64,000 nt of DNA from Azolla caroliniana (taxonomy: Eukaryota; Plantae; Polypodiophyta): positions 13,268,001-13,332,000 of the forward strand of contig JBHGNT010000013.1 in NCBI GenBank assembly GCA_043228905.1, read 5' to 3'. The translations under genes and the position numbers were made by a program. Shown one piece after another: positions 26,626 through 38,970 of the stretch; within the stretch, counting starts at the first letter, position 1; each line of letters starts with the position of its first letter. Under the pieces are notes generated by a model. The model saw only the letters and a program-made list of their open reading frames with translations, had not been told where the DNA came from and made no database searches.

Positions 26626-28870
26626 TGTTATGTACACATAACGTTAGTGAGGGTAGGTCACTAATATTTACATTAGTGAAGGGTATGTTTACTAATGTTA
26701 AAAAGACGGCTAATTTGAATGGATAGAAGGAATGACAGGTGCATGCACTATCATGATTTGGGCAACCAATGAATGATTTAGACCCTTTTCCTTTTAGAAA
26801 GGCACATCTATTCAAGGGGCCTAGGAAAAGGTATAAATATGAGGCTTAGCTAACCTCATAAGCACATTACGTCGGAAGGTTGTTGTCTTAGACACCGGTG
26901 GTGCGGGCGAGGCTTTCATCTCGACGATCGTGTTTATCTCTTCCAAGGTATTAGTCATCCGGATATCCGGCGGTATGGGACGTCAGTGGTAGGTTGGTTA
27001 TGTCTAGATTGTAGCTCAGGGGTGATTGGGTGAAATGGGTTCTTCTATCCAATCTATTTTCCGTCTTTTACTTTACTTTGGTCTATTGATTAGTAATAGA
27101 CTCTTAATAATGGTATCAGAACCAAGTTTTGATCCTGGGACCTGTGGATTATGGGCCCACCACGCTTCTACTGCGCGACAATGACAGCTCGAGGGACATT
27201 ACGTCGACAATCCAATGACACTCTTGACCGTGACTCCAAGAAACTGGACCTCTTCTGTGCATATTGCAAGAAGCGGGGCCGCACAAAGGATACTTATCAT
27301 CGTCTTGAGAGGAAGTCAATGAACACCCCTCCTCAAGACAAATCTACGAGTCACACAGGTGAGTCTTTTGATGTTGTTGAGGTTCATACCAATCACTTAA
27401 GTTCATGTGAATGCACTTTTCCTTCACATTTACTTGGACCTAATGATTTACTCCGAGCAGTCAGGTATATCAATGGAACACAAGCACCTTTCTTGTTTGA
27501 TTCCGGTAGTTCTCACAATTTTCTTAATGGTCACTTTGTGCAGCAAATGGAACTCCACATAAACGCAAGTGATCATATCTATTAAGTTCACATGGCAAAT
27601 GGAAGTGTTCAATACATCAATGGCATTGTTTGTCAACTGCCAATTCAAATAGATGCCTATTTGGTGAAGCTAGACTTTCATGTTATGAAACTACAATCCG
27701 TAGATGTCATTTTAGGATACCCTTGGTTTTTTAATAAAAACCCTTCTTTGTTCATTGATTGGGTTAATCACTCAATCACATTTGAACTTAATAATTGTAA
27801 ACATTTTATTCAATGTTCCAAACTTCCTTCTCGTTCACTTGTGTCTTCTAAATCTTTAAGTTAGTATTCTAGTTCATTAATTTATTTGTGTAATTGATCC
27901 TGCGCTTCAATTTTATTATTTTAATATTGATGCCACACAATTACCACATTATGAACAACGATTACTCAACCCTATTTTAGACGATTTTTAAGATGTGTTT
28001 CCTAATGAATTGCCGCTTACTTTACCACCAAGATTTTTAGACAACAGTCATGCCAAGATTTGAACTCTTGACAATTTGTATTGTAGTCAAGTGTTATGTT
28101 CTAACCAATACACCCAAGTACATGATCATGTTATGTATATGTCCGTAGATTATTAGTAGAATATCCATTTCAAGTTCTAGTAGTTTGTAGAAAGTTCTAG
28201 AACTAGAAGGTTCTAGAGGAATCTAGAATATTCTAATGCATGTACTTCGACTCATAGTATAAATACTTGTAACCTCCGTGGTCCCTTTCAAGGGAATCAA
28301 GGCAAGTCATTGACACATCAATATAGTGTTCTCATTTCGCCTCATCTTTGTCTTCTTGATCTTTAGTTCTATCTTCATGCCCTCATGTCGCTCACAACAT
28401 CTAGAATTCCTAGCTTCGTCACGCTCCAAGTTCATCCGTCGCTTGTAACCCCATCATCCGTGCTTCGTCATAGTCCGCGCTTGGTTATCATCAGATTGAC
28501 TTACGAACAGGTTATCATTAGATTCGCATTGCCAAGGATGATATTCCTAAAACCATTATGAGTTTTTAGTCATGCCTTTCGGATTGACTAATGCTCCAGC
28601 CACATTCCAACAAGGGATGAATGACGTTTTCCGAGATTAACTCAGTGATTTTGTTGTCGTCATCTTGGATGATAGTTTGGATATATAGTTGTACCTTGCA
28701 AGATCATGTTCAACATGTTCGATTTGGTTTGGACAAGTTGCGTGACAACCCTTTCTATGCAAAACATTCAAAATGTGATTTTTTCCAAAAATCTATTGTG
28801 TACTTAGGTCATTTAATTACGGAAAATGGTATTGAAATTGAACCTTCTCGTATTGAAACGTTGTTTTTTT
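26626..28870 (+). mobile_element. Degenerate Ty3/gypsy element (LTR 26626-27109, iMet PBS at 27111, gag/PR/RT remnants)
   Basis: TGTTA...TAATA then TGGTATCAGA; CAYCKKRG knuckle, FLFDSGSSHNF, VILGYPW, IDLRTGYH, MPFGLTNAPATFQ. Confidence 0.85.
28092..28490 (+). mobile_element. Probable solo LTR nested in the gypsy remnant
   Basis: TG...CA ends, TATAAATA at about 28258, repeated TTCTAG motifs; flanks TCAAG/TCAGA are an imperfect TSD. Confidence 0.65.
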
Positions 28871-29609
28871 CCCCTAAAGAGATATGCCTTGGTATTATAA
28901 GATCATAAGAAATACAAAAGTTTGTTGGATAAAGGAGTATACCAACCCACTCCATTGTGCTCACATCAAAGCCAATTTGATGTGTATATACAAGAACTAC
29001 ACATATTTGTACACCATAGCCCCAAGATTTTTATGGTCTACTCCTCCCAAACTACAAATGAGCATTTTTATCGTTCGAGATGTTGATAGCGCTTTTGCCT
29101 TGATCTAAGGGAAATTTTCTCCTTCGATCGTCCATAACAATATTTGAACCCCTAACCTTTCGCGCATGGTATACATTCTTTGACGTTTAAGCTAAGTGTT
29201 CTTGTTTTCTTTGACTTCGTCTTGTCCCATGACCTTCTTTTCATACTTCTACCATGTCCTTCAATCTTTTATATATTTAATTTAACTTGTTTCCTCATGT
29301 GCCCTTCTCCCATCATGACAATGTAAGATCTCTCCAAATGCCCCTAGACTTGCGAAAGTCACTAAATTCAAGAGAGGTATACTCACCTCCATTGTCTGAA
29401 TATAAAGCCTTACACATTTTTTCCTTTCCAAGTCAACCATTATTAAGACATTTGTCGAACGTACGGTGTTGTGGGTTTCCGCGCGTACGTGTAGGATCTG
29501 GGGCGGGACCACTGGGGTCTTGGACCTAAGATAGACCGAGGCTTCACCGGTTCTGGTGACCGGCTTGGACACCGACCAGAGCATTTCCGGATACGTACCA
29601 GAAGCAACC

Positions 29610-29647
<38 letters not shown>

Positions 29648-31224
29648 ATGCGTGTGGCGCTCTTACTCAACACACACCCTAGGAAGAAATGCTACCGACA
29701 CCGGCAAAGACACAATTACGCACAACCTTATATATATATATATATGTACACGAATGACAGGTTATACCTCTGGCTTTGAGCCGGACCAAACGGATTCAAT
29801 ACAACGAGTGTCTCCAAACAAGCCTCCAGTCGGGGAGCTCACGGGCTCGCCATCAGGAGTGGAGGCCTTGAGCCAATGACATTGCAGAAACCAGAACCCT
29901 TAGAACATACGAGCTCGAGAGGGACTAAGCTTCACACCAAAATGCACTTGACACAAACAAAATGGAACCCCTAAACTCAAAGAGAGAGAAGAAAACACAA
30001 AATCCTGGGAACACATATAAAAAACTGGGAACCCCTTAACCAGAGACCCCTCCCTCCTTTTATAGTTCAAGGAGGGAAGGACGTTACAATGTAGGATAGA
30101 TATTCCTCTTTTTCAAAGGAGATATCTTGCCATGATTTCCGGAGTGGTGATTGGGAAGTGCATTTAATCCCCTCACTTTCACACTCCTGTATGTATGCAA
30201 GTGGACTTATGACACTTATTTCTATATACATTTAGAATGTACAAGTGCACACGATGCACTTCGCCAAATTAGCCAAATCCATCCGGTTTTCTCACTGTGA
30301 CCGGAAATCTTCACAACATCCACCCCCACCAAACCGCACATCCACCGGAATGTGCCAAGAAAGGGAAAGAAGATGAGAGATTTCCGGTGACTGTGATCAA
30401 ACGGTTCCTCCGTCGATCTGGCACCCGACTGCTATGTAGGCGTTTGCCGGTCCCAAACTATCGACTCTCGGACTGACCTCGTCTTGGTCGGGAGCTCGTC
30501 TTCGTCGTTTTCCTCAACTCCCCATTTTGAGGTCGTCCAGCCTCTCCACCCGAACCACTGACTCCATCCGATCCACCATGTTCGTCAATGCTCGTCGAAC
30601 CACTAGGGCCACCCGATCCACTTGATCTTGCGCTCATCCTTGACCGTTTTCTAGTTGGTCGGAGCAGCCATCAGGAATGTTGTTGCCGACCCGACCCGAC
30701 TTCCTTCGTTCTCCGTGCATGCCCTTTGTCCAGACACCTGACCACTTTGACCGCCTATCGAAAGTCGTTCCTTATGCACCTCGTTCGTGCTTGTTTCTAC
30801 TCGTTTGCTTCTTCAGTTTCGTGAACACCATCCCTACTCGTTCCCTTCTCCGCATCCACCAGTCTTGGTTTCTTCGACCCCTAATCAGGTCGGTTCGACT
30901 TCTCTCCGGCTCAATCATCCGGAACTCGACATTCTCAGCTCTCATCCAGGCTCGTTCTCTTCCAATCGGCCCCAGCTCCTTGTTCACCCTGGATTGCATG
31001 TCAAGCCGATTTCGGCCAAAGGATCCATGTCTGGATCACGTTCCATCCGAATCGAAATGCCGACTGGTTTGATTCCCGGTCGGGCCGACTTCCGACTCTG
31101 CTTCCTTCGGCGCCGCCTCTTGCTTCTTCATTTCATTCTGCCTCGGCTTCTTCCATGGCCTCCTCATAGGTCATCTCCCATCCGTCTTCGCAGGCATCGT
31201 GCCAGGACTCCTCGTTGCCTCCTT

Positions 31225-32190
31225 CCATCTCTCCAGTCTCACGTCGGCACACATGCTCGACGGCCGAAGTCTCCGGAATCAGTGTGGAGGACTCCTCTCC
31301 ACCTTCGTCTTCGTCTCGGCTCACTGGCCCTTCCCGCTTCCTCCTCCAACTGGGCCGACTTGCCACCTATTTGGACCGATCTCGGCTGATCGCCCCTTTG
31401 TACACCCAGTCTTTGCACGGACAAACTTTCGACCAAGTCGGATCCGGCGAAGAGGTGCCCAACTAACTCTTCTCAACCGAGTTAGTCTCCTGTCTAGGCC
31501 AGTTGCCGACTCTCCCGTTCGCACCCGTCGTGGTTTTGTCGTTGGCCACCTCGCCGGCTCCATCATTCTTTACACACATGTTGGCCTTGGGCCATGTCCT
31601 CTCGCTGCCACCTTCTTTCTCCCCGGTCTCACGTCATCTCTCAGGTCTGATTGCCGAAGTCTCCGAAATCAGTGTGAGGAGACACCTAGTACCGTCCTTC
31701 GTTTCTATGCCTCCATAATTCCCCTTGGACCATGTCGCCTCGCCGCCACCTTTCTTCTCTCCAGTCGCATGTCAACTCTCGGGCTTGACTACCGAAGTCT
31801 CTAGAACAAGTGTGGAGGGACTATTTGACCTCCAATTTCTCGTCATCCTCCTCCTTGGCATTCCGGCTGCCACCTTCCTTCTCTCCGGTCTCACGTCGGC
31901 TCTCGGGCCCGACTGCCGAAGTCTACGAAATTAGTGTGAGGAGACACCTAGGACCGTCCTTTATTTCTATGCCTCCATAATTCCCCTTGGACCATGTCAC
32001 CTTGCCGCCACCTTTCTTCTCTCCGGTTTCACGTTGGCTCTCGGCCTCGACTGCCGAAGTCTCCAGAACAAGCGTGGAGGGACATCTCTGTTCGACCTCT
32101 GACTCCTCATTGTCCGCCGCCACTTTGCTTCTCTCCGGTCTCACGTGGGCTCTCGAGCAAGACTGCCGAAGTCTCCAGAATAAGTGTAGG
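31225..32190. repeat. Six imperfect internal repeats (core CTCCGGTCTCACGT...CCGAAGTCTC), about 110-140 bp spacing among the last five
   Basis: CCGAAG cores at about 31264, 31654, 31792, 31916, 32054, 32166. Confidence 0.85.
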
Positions 32191-33796
32191 GAACGATTTT
32201 GTAACTTCACCCTTTGCCAACTCGTCCATAGCTGCCGACTCCTCGATGTGGCAGTCAGTAGCTATCTCATCTTCTTCTATCGCGCAAGCCCTAGTTTGGC
32301 TTGCTTCTCCAATGTCTAGAGTGTCGGGCAGTCGTGCTCGAAACCATCGATCCTTTTCTGAACTTGCGATCATCACCTCGTCGAATCCGACCTTATCCTC
32401 GGTCAGTCTTTCTCTGCAAGTCGAGAGGGTGACATGCTTCGCACCCTCTCCATTGATACCGTCATACCGTTCTTCAGCCTCCGCATGGGCTGTGTCCATT
32501 TTGTCTAGAAGGCCGACTAGCTCTGAATCTCCGGAATACAACTGCGAGCCGAATCTCTTTTCTTCTTCGATCTTCACCTTCTGGGCCTCGTACACTTCCC
32601 GAACCAGGGCTTTGACATCGAGCTTCGCGGATCCGCCTCGCTGCGCGTTGGCTCCCTGTTGTGATGGCATGTTGTCGCATATCAACTTCCCCTCTCCTTT
32701 CGCGGGTCGATCCTTATCCAATTGTCAGCATACCCGTTCGACTTTCAACCAGTCCTCGGTAAGGCCATTCGCTCCGTCGTCGTCTTAGAGCTCGATTCCG
32801 ATGGCCATCCGTTCCATTTGATCAATTGACCTAATGAACATCAGGATTTTGTCCACCCCCACCAATCTTTGTTCCTGCTCCGGTGGGTCTTCGCCGCTTG
32901 CAACCCATTGGTCGAAGTCACACCGACCTTGCTTTTCGGTCGCCCTCTGTATGCCTCCTAGAGCGTCTCTTTGAAGGCCTCCCACAAACCATGAGTTTCT
33001 TGAAGCTCCTTTACCTCTGCGTGCATCCGATCCATTGCGACCCGACAGAAGAACTCCAACCTCAACGCCTCGTCCATACCTTGTGCCTCCATTTCTATGT
33101 TGTAAACTTCCAAGTAGAATGGGACTTTGTCCCCGTTGAAATGATCGACTCTTTTGACCACACACCTGACCGCTTGTTGCGCCGCTTCTCGTCTCATTGT
33201 CACTCGCCCGAACTCAACCATTAATTTCTCCATCATCTCTACGAAGTCTTCATCTTCTAACTCCATCCTCCCTTGCCACCCCTTTCACGTTGGGTTCACC
33301 AAAGATGTTGCGGGTTTCCGCGGGTACTTGTAGGATTCGGTGTGGGACCACTAGGGTCTTGGACCTGAGATAGACGAAGGATGAAAGACCAAGCTTCATC
33401 GGTTCCAGTGCCCAACTTGGACACTGACCAGAGCATTTCCAGATACGTACCGAAAGCAACCTAGAGAGAGAACAGGTGTGTGGCGTTCGTACTCGACACA
33501 CACCCCTAGTATGCAAAGACACAATTACGCACAACCTTATATATAAAAATGTACACGAATGACAGGTTACAACTCCGGGTTTGAGCCGAACCAAACAGAT
33601 TCGATACAACGAGTGTCTGCAAACAAGCCTCCAGTCGGGAACTCACGGGCTCGCCATCATGAGTGGAGGCCTTGTGCCGATAACACTGCAGAAACCAGAA
33701 CCCTTCGCGCATATGAGCTTTAACACTCCACTATGTATGCAAATGGACTTATGACACTTATTTCTATATACTTCTCGAATGTACAGGTGCACACGG

Positions 33797-34402
33797 TGTC
33801 GCGTTATTACGCGCGTGCATGTAGAAGGGGCCGGACCACGGGGGTCTTGGACTAGGGAAAAAAGGGATGCCAAGAAAACCGACTCTCGACACGACCCGGA
33901 GGCAACCGAACACGAGAGAGAGAAGGGCATGGGCGCGATGCCGACTCTTATGCACAAGAAACGAAAGGGGCTATGCTCCCGACACCACCAGAAACACCAA
34001 TATGCACAAACAGATATAAGTGTATATATTACAAAGGGGAAAGATACAACCCCGGCTTCGAGCCGGGTACGCTCAGAAGAAAAGAAGTTAGCCCTAATAG
34101 CTTTGCCGCCATGGCCGCGGCGCCCAACTTCCCAAGAAGGAGAAGAAGTTACTAACCCTAGAAACTCTTAATAAAATGACCCTCTACAAAATGGTATACC
34201 CTTACGACTCAAAATGGGCAACCCCTTTACAAGGGATCCCTCCCTCCTTTTATAGACCAAGGAGGGGAGGTGTTACAATGTGGGACAAATACTCCCCTTT
34301 ATTCTATACACAATTTCCTATTATACATGCGCACATGTTGCACACCACCGACTTGCCCTATTCCACCCCGGTTTCACACTATAGCCAGACATCTTCACGA
34401 CA
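33797..34402 (-). mobile_element. Solo LTR of a related family nested in the 5' LTR, TSD ACGG
   Basis: TGTCG...CGACA termini; ACGG at 33793-33796 and 34403-34406; host LTR resumes colinearly; patchy homology to the 29467-30318 LTR. Confidence 0.9.
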
Positions 34403-35783
34403 ACGGTGCACTTCGCCAAACTAGCCCGATCCATCCAGTTTTCTCACTATGGCCGGAAATCTTCATGACAACGGTATATAATATCCTTTCCCTTAATTGG
34501 ATATACCCAAACTTTCCTAGTGGCATCAATGAAAATGATGAAATGCACCACCCAAGGAGTGGCTTCATAACATGTGAACCACTCTTTGTGTGGAGTCACA
34601 TGAAATCCTGCACGAGAGTGTAGCGACAATGTTTAGGAGGGTGATGAAACCATATTTACCCAATCGTGTGTGGTAACATCATCCAAAACCAATGTGTTTG
34701 TCTCATCACAGTTGTATTTGTTTCCTCTATCTACATAGAGGATGAGGGATCATTCAGCAAGATTGCTTCTAATATCGATCAGTTCACGTCTAATGTCGAT
34801 TAGTTCTCTGGCTTTGATATTTTCCTTTTCTTTAATCGTTAAGGCATAACAATAATTCTTAAAATGCCCCTCAAGACAATTATAGTGGCATTCAACATTT
34901 TTCTTTCTAGGTTTCGTTCTACTACTAACGTTTTCCGTTATTGTTTCTAGTATGGCTTTTACTGCATTGTTGGTTCTTGCAAGAACTAAGCTAATGCATC
35001 TCCGACATGTGTGGTAGGCATAGATTTTCCTATGGATTTCTTCACTCCTATGGCACTTATAGATAAATTGGGCCCCATTTGGTGCAATACTGCTAACAAC
35101 AATGCAAAATGTATAATAATAAAAAGACACATTTCTAACTCATCAATCCATGGGTCACTTCTTTTGCGCCTGCAATTGAGACCATAATGCATCAAAGTCA
35201 TTCAAATAATTAGATCTGATTCCGTACAAAGGACCTCGAGAACAACGAAAGCGGGCAGGAGAAAACATAGACAAGAGAGTTTTTTTGGTGGCACAATGCG
35301 GAGTGACCTTTTTTTACCATATACACACATAGGGTGACCTTTTGCCTTATTTTCATTTTTGGCCTTTTCTCACACACACACACACACTACATATATGTGA
35401 CATTTTAACCGGATAAGCAACAATATTTGTGGATAAGCTTACACAATGAGCATCTGATTTGTCCAAATTCTTGGTTGGGGGGTTACTGATATTGGACTTC
35501 CTTGATCATTATATAGGGTTTTAAATCAGGCTTCCTTAATTGGGTTAAATCCTTTGTCGCTAATGGTTCTAATGTAAGAATATAATGATCACAAATTAAA
35601 ATTAAAATTTTGCAAAGATTATTTGAATATGTGCCATTTAGTGTGGAATAAATGCATGATAATGGCAACTTCCCTCAGATTGTTTGATTAAACAGAGCAG
35701 CTTCTACATTTTCCATGATGAATATACATATAAATAAAGATACTCGATGAAGGTGGAATCCTGAGAGTTGTATGTTTGAATTG

Positions 35784-38385
35784 TTAGTCATAATTCCATC
35801 TAGGGTTAACATCTTCCCGATGCAGATCATCCTCGTGTAATTGATCATGTATAATAGAACTAGTGCCTCCGCATAAATTCATCATGATTGGTGATAGTGA
35901 TGAAAATATGGATGATGATGGATCGGTAGAGACAGTAGTCTTCAGCGTGATTGATGCATTCCTTGCATTATCTGGTAGAGGATGCATAGTAGGCAAGGTA
36001 GATTGTTGGCGCAGTAATGTGGCATACTCATTAAGCTGTAATTGTCTCTGTAGTATATATTGAGGTGCATTAACACTTAATGATCTCCCATATGGTTGTA
36101 CAGACAAAGAATTTACATCTGTGGGATTAGATCCATGTATATTGTATCCTAGATTCTGCAGAGGATTGACAGAAGTAATCAGATTCTGTGGCGAATCACT
36201 GGGTGGATAGTAATTTGAGTGTACTAACTGTGGATCCAAATTATTGGTATGATTCAGGCTTTGGGAGATGGCATTCCTAATTTCAAGTTGTTCTGAGCGG
36301 ACCAGATCAGTTTGCTGCAGATTACTGTGGATATTCTTATGACTATCATCGTTAGGAGAAGGATAGTGATCATTAGAAGGTTTAATTAGCTGAGAATAAG
36401 CATTAGGGTTAGAAGCATTGGCCATGCTGGGGGGATGGCGGCTGCTATATAAGGGAGAGCTCTTCATGATCCTTAACTCGAGCAGATCGAACCTAGTTAA
36501 TGAAGCATTTCTTGTACCTGCAGCCACGCAAGGTACATTGTCTCTGCGCGATCTTTTCTGTCTTCGAGCGGCTTGGGGATGGAGATCGCCGCCGCTGTAG
36601 TTATCATCGAGGAGCTCTTGAATAGCTCCTAATTCGTATGGGTTACCTAAATCAGCCAAATTAGGGTTAGGGTCAGGGTCAAGGTTAGGGTTAGGGTTAG
36701 GGTTAGGGTTAGGGTTAGGATTAGGGGCACCTTGTTGTTGTTGTTCCTCCTCCTCCTCCCCCTCCTCCTGATGTTGTGTTGTCAACATGATTATCTCTGA
36801 ATTTTGCTTCTGTCTGTTGGTGCTACTGTAACCAAGAAGAGGTGGAGCTATGGCTATGGTGGTGGTGGTGGTGTGAGGATGAGGATTTATGAGAAGGTGG
36901 GCTCTTTCGGGGAAATTGAGCTTGGCACGGGAGCCTCGGAACCTCATCGCGGCCGCATCGTAGGCATGGGCGGCATCCTCCGCGGTCTCGAAAGTGCCGA
37001 GCCACACGCGCGCGGCTCTCTTCGGATCCCGGATCTCCGCCGCCCATTTCCCCCATGGCCTTTGCCGGACACCCCGGTACCTCGGCCTCGTCGCTCGCCT
37101 CGTCTCACAATCCCTCCATTTCGATCCATCCTCCTCCTCCTCTGTAGTTGCATTTTGATTGATCCCGATCATATAATCTGTCTGACTCTGACGATGGATC
37201 GCATTGTCACCAGATTCTGCGTACCATTTTGCGAATTACGACAAAAGAACTTCATCAATTCGATCGGCTCTATCTAGGTCACTTAGGTTTTCTAATGGGC
37301 ACTACTACTAAGCCGATTCAAATGTACAGCATTTCTTCTTAAGACTACAAAATTCATTCACACATGTTATGTTTAATGGGGTTTAAATTTAGGATTAAAT
37401 AACAAAAAACAAAAGTATTAGAAGGTATGACCTTTAAAACACCTAATTTTAACAAGTTACTACGCCAACAAATATATATCCAACGTCAAGGTCAAGGTCA
37501 AGATCAAGAAACGACAGATCAAAATGTCTTTTCTATGTAAAAAAAAAAAGAAAAAAGAAAATGCAGGCAAATGGGGGCCCACATTAGATCATAGTGGGGG
37601 GGAATCCATTAACAGTATTGCCTTTGAGACTTTCTTGTGCATATTAAGATTGAGAATTATACAAAAAGGTTAATAATAAGCAGTTGAACACAAATATTAC
37701 ATGAAGAAGATTGTATTGAATATGACGATGAATGAGATGAAGATGTTAGATTTATATAGAAATTATGGCTTCTTGGTGAATCTACTGAATCAAAACATGC
37801 GGTGCATACTAATCAAAAAACATGGGGTGCATATTAAAAAAAGTATAGATTCCATGGACTCTGTGCATGCATACCAGCAACTAGATGTCTTATTGTATCT
37901 GGCACACTAATTATGTTGTGATCGACGATGCGCCTCTTCTTGATGTCGATCGCGGGTTCACGGGAGCCGTGTTTTGGGCCGGGGAGCGATGACGATGACG
38001 ATGATATGCGATCGAATTCTGCAGTGGGGCTGCTGCTTCCACGGCAAGTAGGCCGTGGTGGCGGTGGTGACCACGAAGGAATATCGGCCACCACCGGCAT
38101 GGACGGCATGGCGGGCGGCTTCAATATCGGGGCCATGGATACAGATGGAGGCAACGGGTGGGCGGTCATCGTCATCGAATTCATTAAGACAAAGACATCA
38201 TCATCATGGTGATGATCATGATCATAATCACAATGGGTGGAGGTGGATGTACAAGGAGGAGGTCCATTTTCATGATGGCAATGAGAATGAGGAGGAGGAG
38301 GAGGAGGAGGAGGATCTAAGGAGTGGCCAGTAGTAACTAAGAGACATTGGCTACTGCTGGTATCTCCATGAGGATCCATTACCAT
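35784..38385 (-). CDS. AP2/ERF transcription factor, group X-like (about 647 aa, 2 exons)
   Basis: Exon 1 38385-37875, intron GTATGC...CGCAG, exon 2 37216-35784, phase-consistent; [49 protein letters not shown]; intron 5' of the AP2 domain as in group X. Confidence 0.85.
36661..36726 (+). repeat. (TTAGGG)n-like array of 11 hexamers encoding poly-(Asn-Pro) in the ERF
   Basis: 8 perfect TTAGGG plus 3 variants. Confidence 0.95.
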
Positions 38386-38420
38386 TAAGAAAGCAAGCAC
38401 ACACTCTGAGAGACAGACAC

Positions 38421-38461
<41 letters not shown>

Positions 38462-38649
38462 AAACAGTACATACATATAACTATGTATATGTAATGTATA
38501 TGTATGCATAAATAGATGAGTAATTTACTTTTTTGTTTATATTAAATTTATTAATTTACTCTTTTCGGTCACATTAATTCTTAGCATGAAAAATAAGCTT
38601 TAAAAACAGAAAGGAAGGGGGGGGGGGATATGGGGACCAATAAGAAAAG

Positions 38650-38682
38650 AGCACGTGCTATATATATATAGTCTATAAATAA

Positions 38683-38713
<31 letters not shown>

Positions 38714-38825
38714 AACATATGTATAAACATATAATATAAACATATGTATAAGGAAGGCAGAATGAAATGTCGTGAAACTCCCCAGCCCAGCCAGCCAGCC
38801 AGCCATTGTGGGTTTTTTCTTCTGG

Positions 38826-38871
<46 letters not shown>

Positions 38872-38970
38872 AAAAACTAAAAAACCGACTTGTTCTCCGC
38901 CTGCCCCTCCTCACGTGATGGAACCGGAGAAATTTCCATCACGTGATACTTACGCTCCACGTCACGTGAG
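38650..38970. promoter_or_regulatory. ERF upstream region with TATA-like tract and clustered G-boxes
   Basis: CACGTG at 38652, 38912, 38940, 38963; ACCGAC (DRE-like) at 38884. Confidence 0.5.

Larger units (their letters stand above)
29467..34470 (-). mobile_element. Non-autonomous LTR retrotransposon (gag-like only), tRNA-Trp PBS, 4-bp TSD ACGG
   Basis: 3' LTR 29467-30318 with adjacent PPT GGTGGGGGTGGA; 5' LTR 33306-34470 (interrupted); PBS TGGTGAACCCAACGTGAA next to 33306; gag-like ORF 32958-33266 (VDHFNGDKVPFYLE); no RT/IN motifs seen. Confidence 0.88.
29290..35260 (-). mobile_element. Highly degenerate Ty1/copia remnant split by the 29467-34470 insertion
   Basis: FIDATRKVWVYPIKGKDIIY (34560-34471) continues across the insertion into ...LYSDNGGEYTS (29460-29375). 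Confidence 0.75.

Noticed and set aside
30588-32788. Numerous plus-strand ORFs
   Set aside because: GC-rich antisense frames of the LTR element interior with no recognisable domains.
36661-36726. Interstitial telomere or chromosome fusion scar
   Set aside because: Short, in-frame coding hexamer repeat rather than the TTTAGGG heptamer typical of land plants.
37217-37274. ERF splice acceptor at 37274
   Set aside because: It would introduce an in-frame TAA; the CAG ending at 37217 fits instead.
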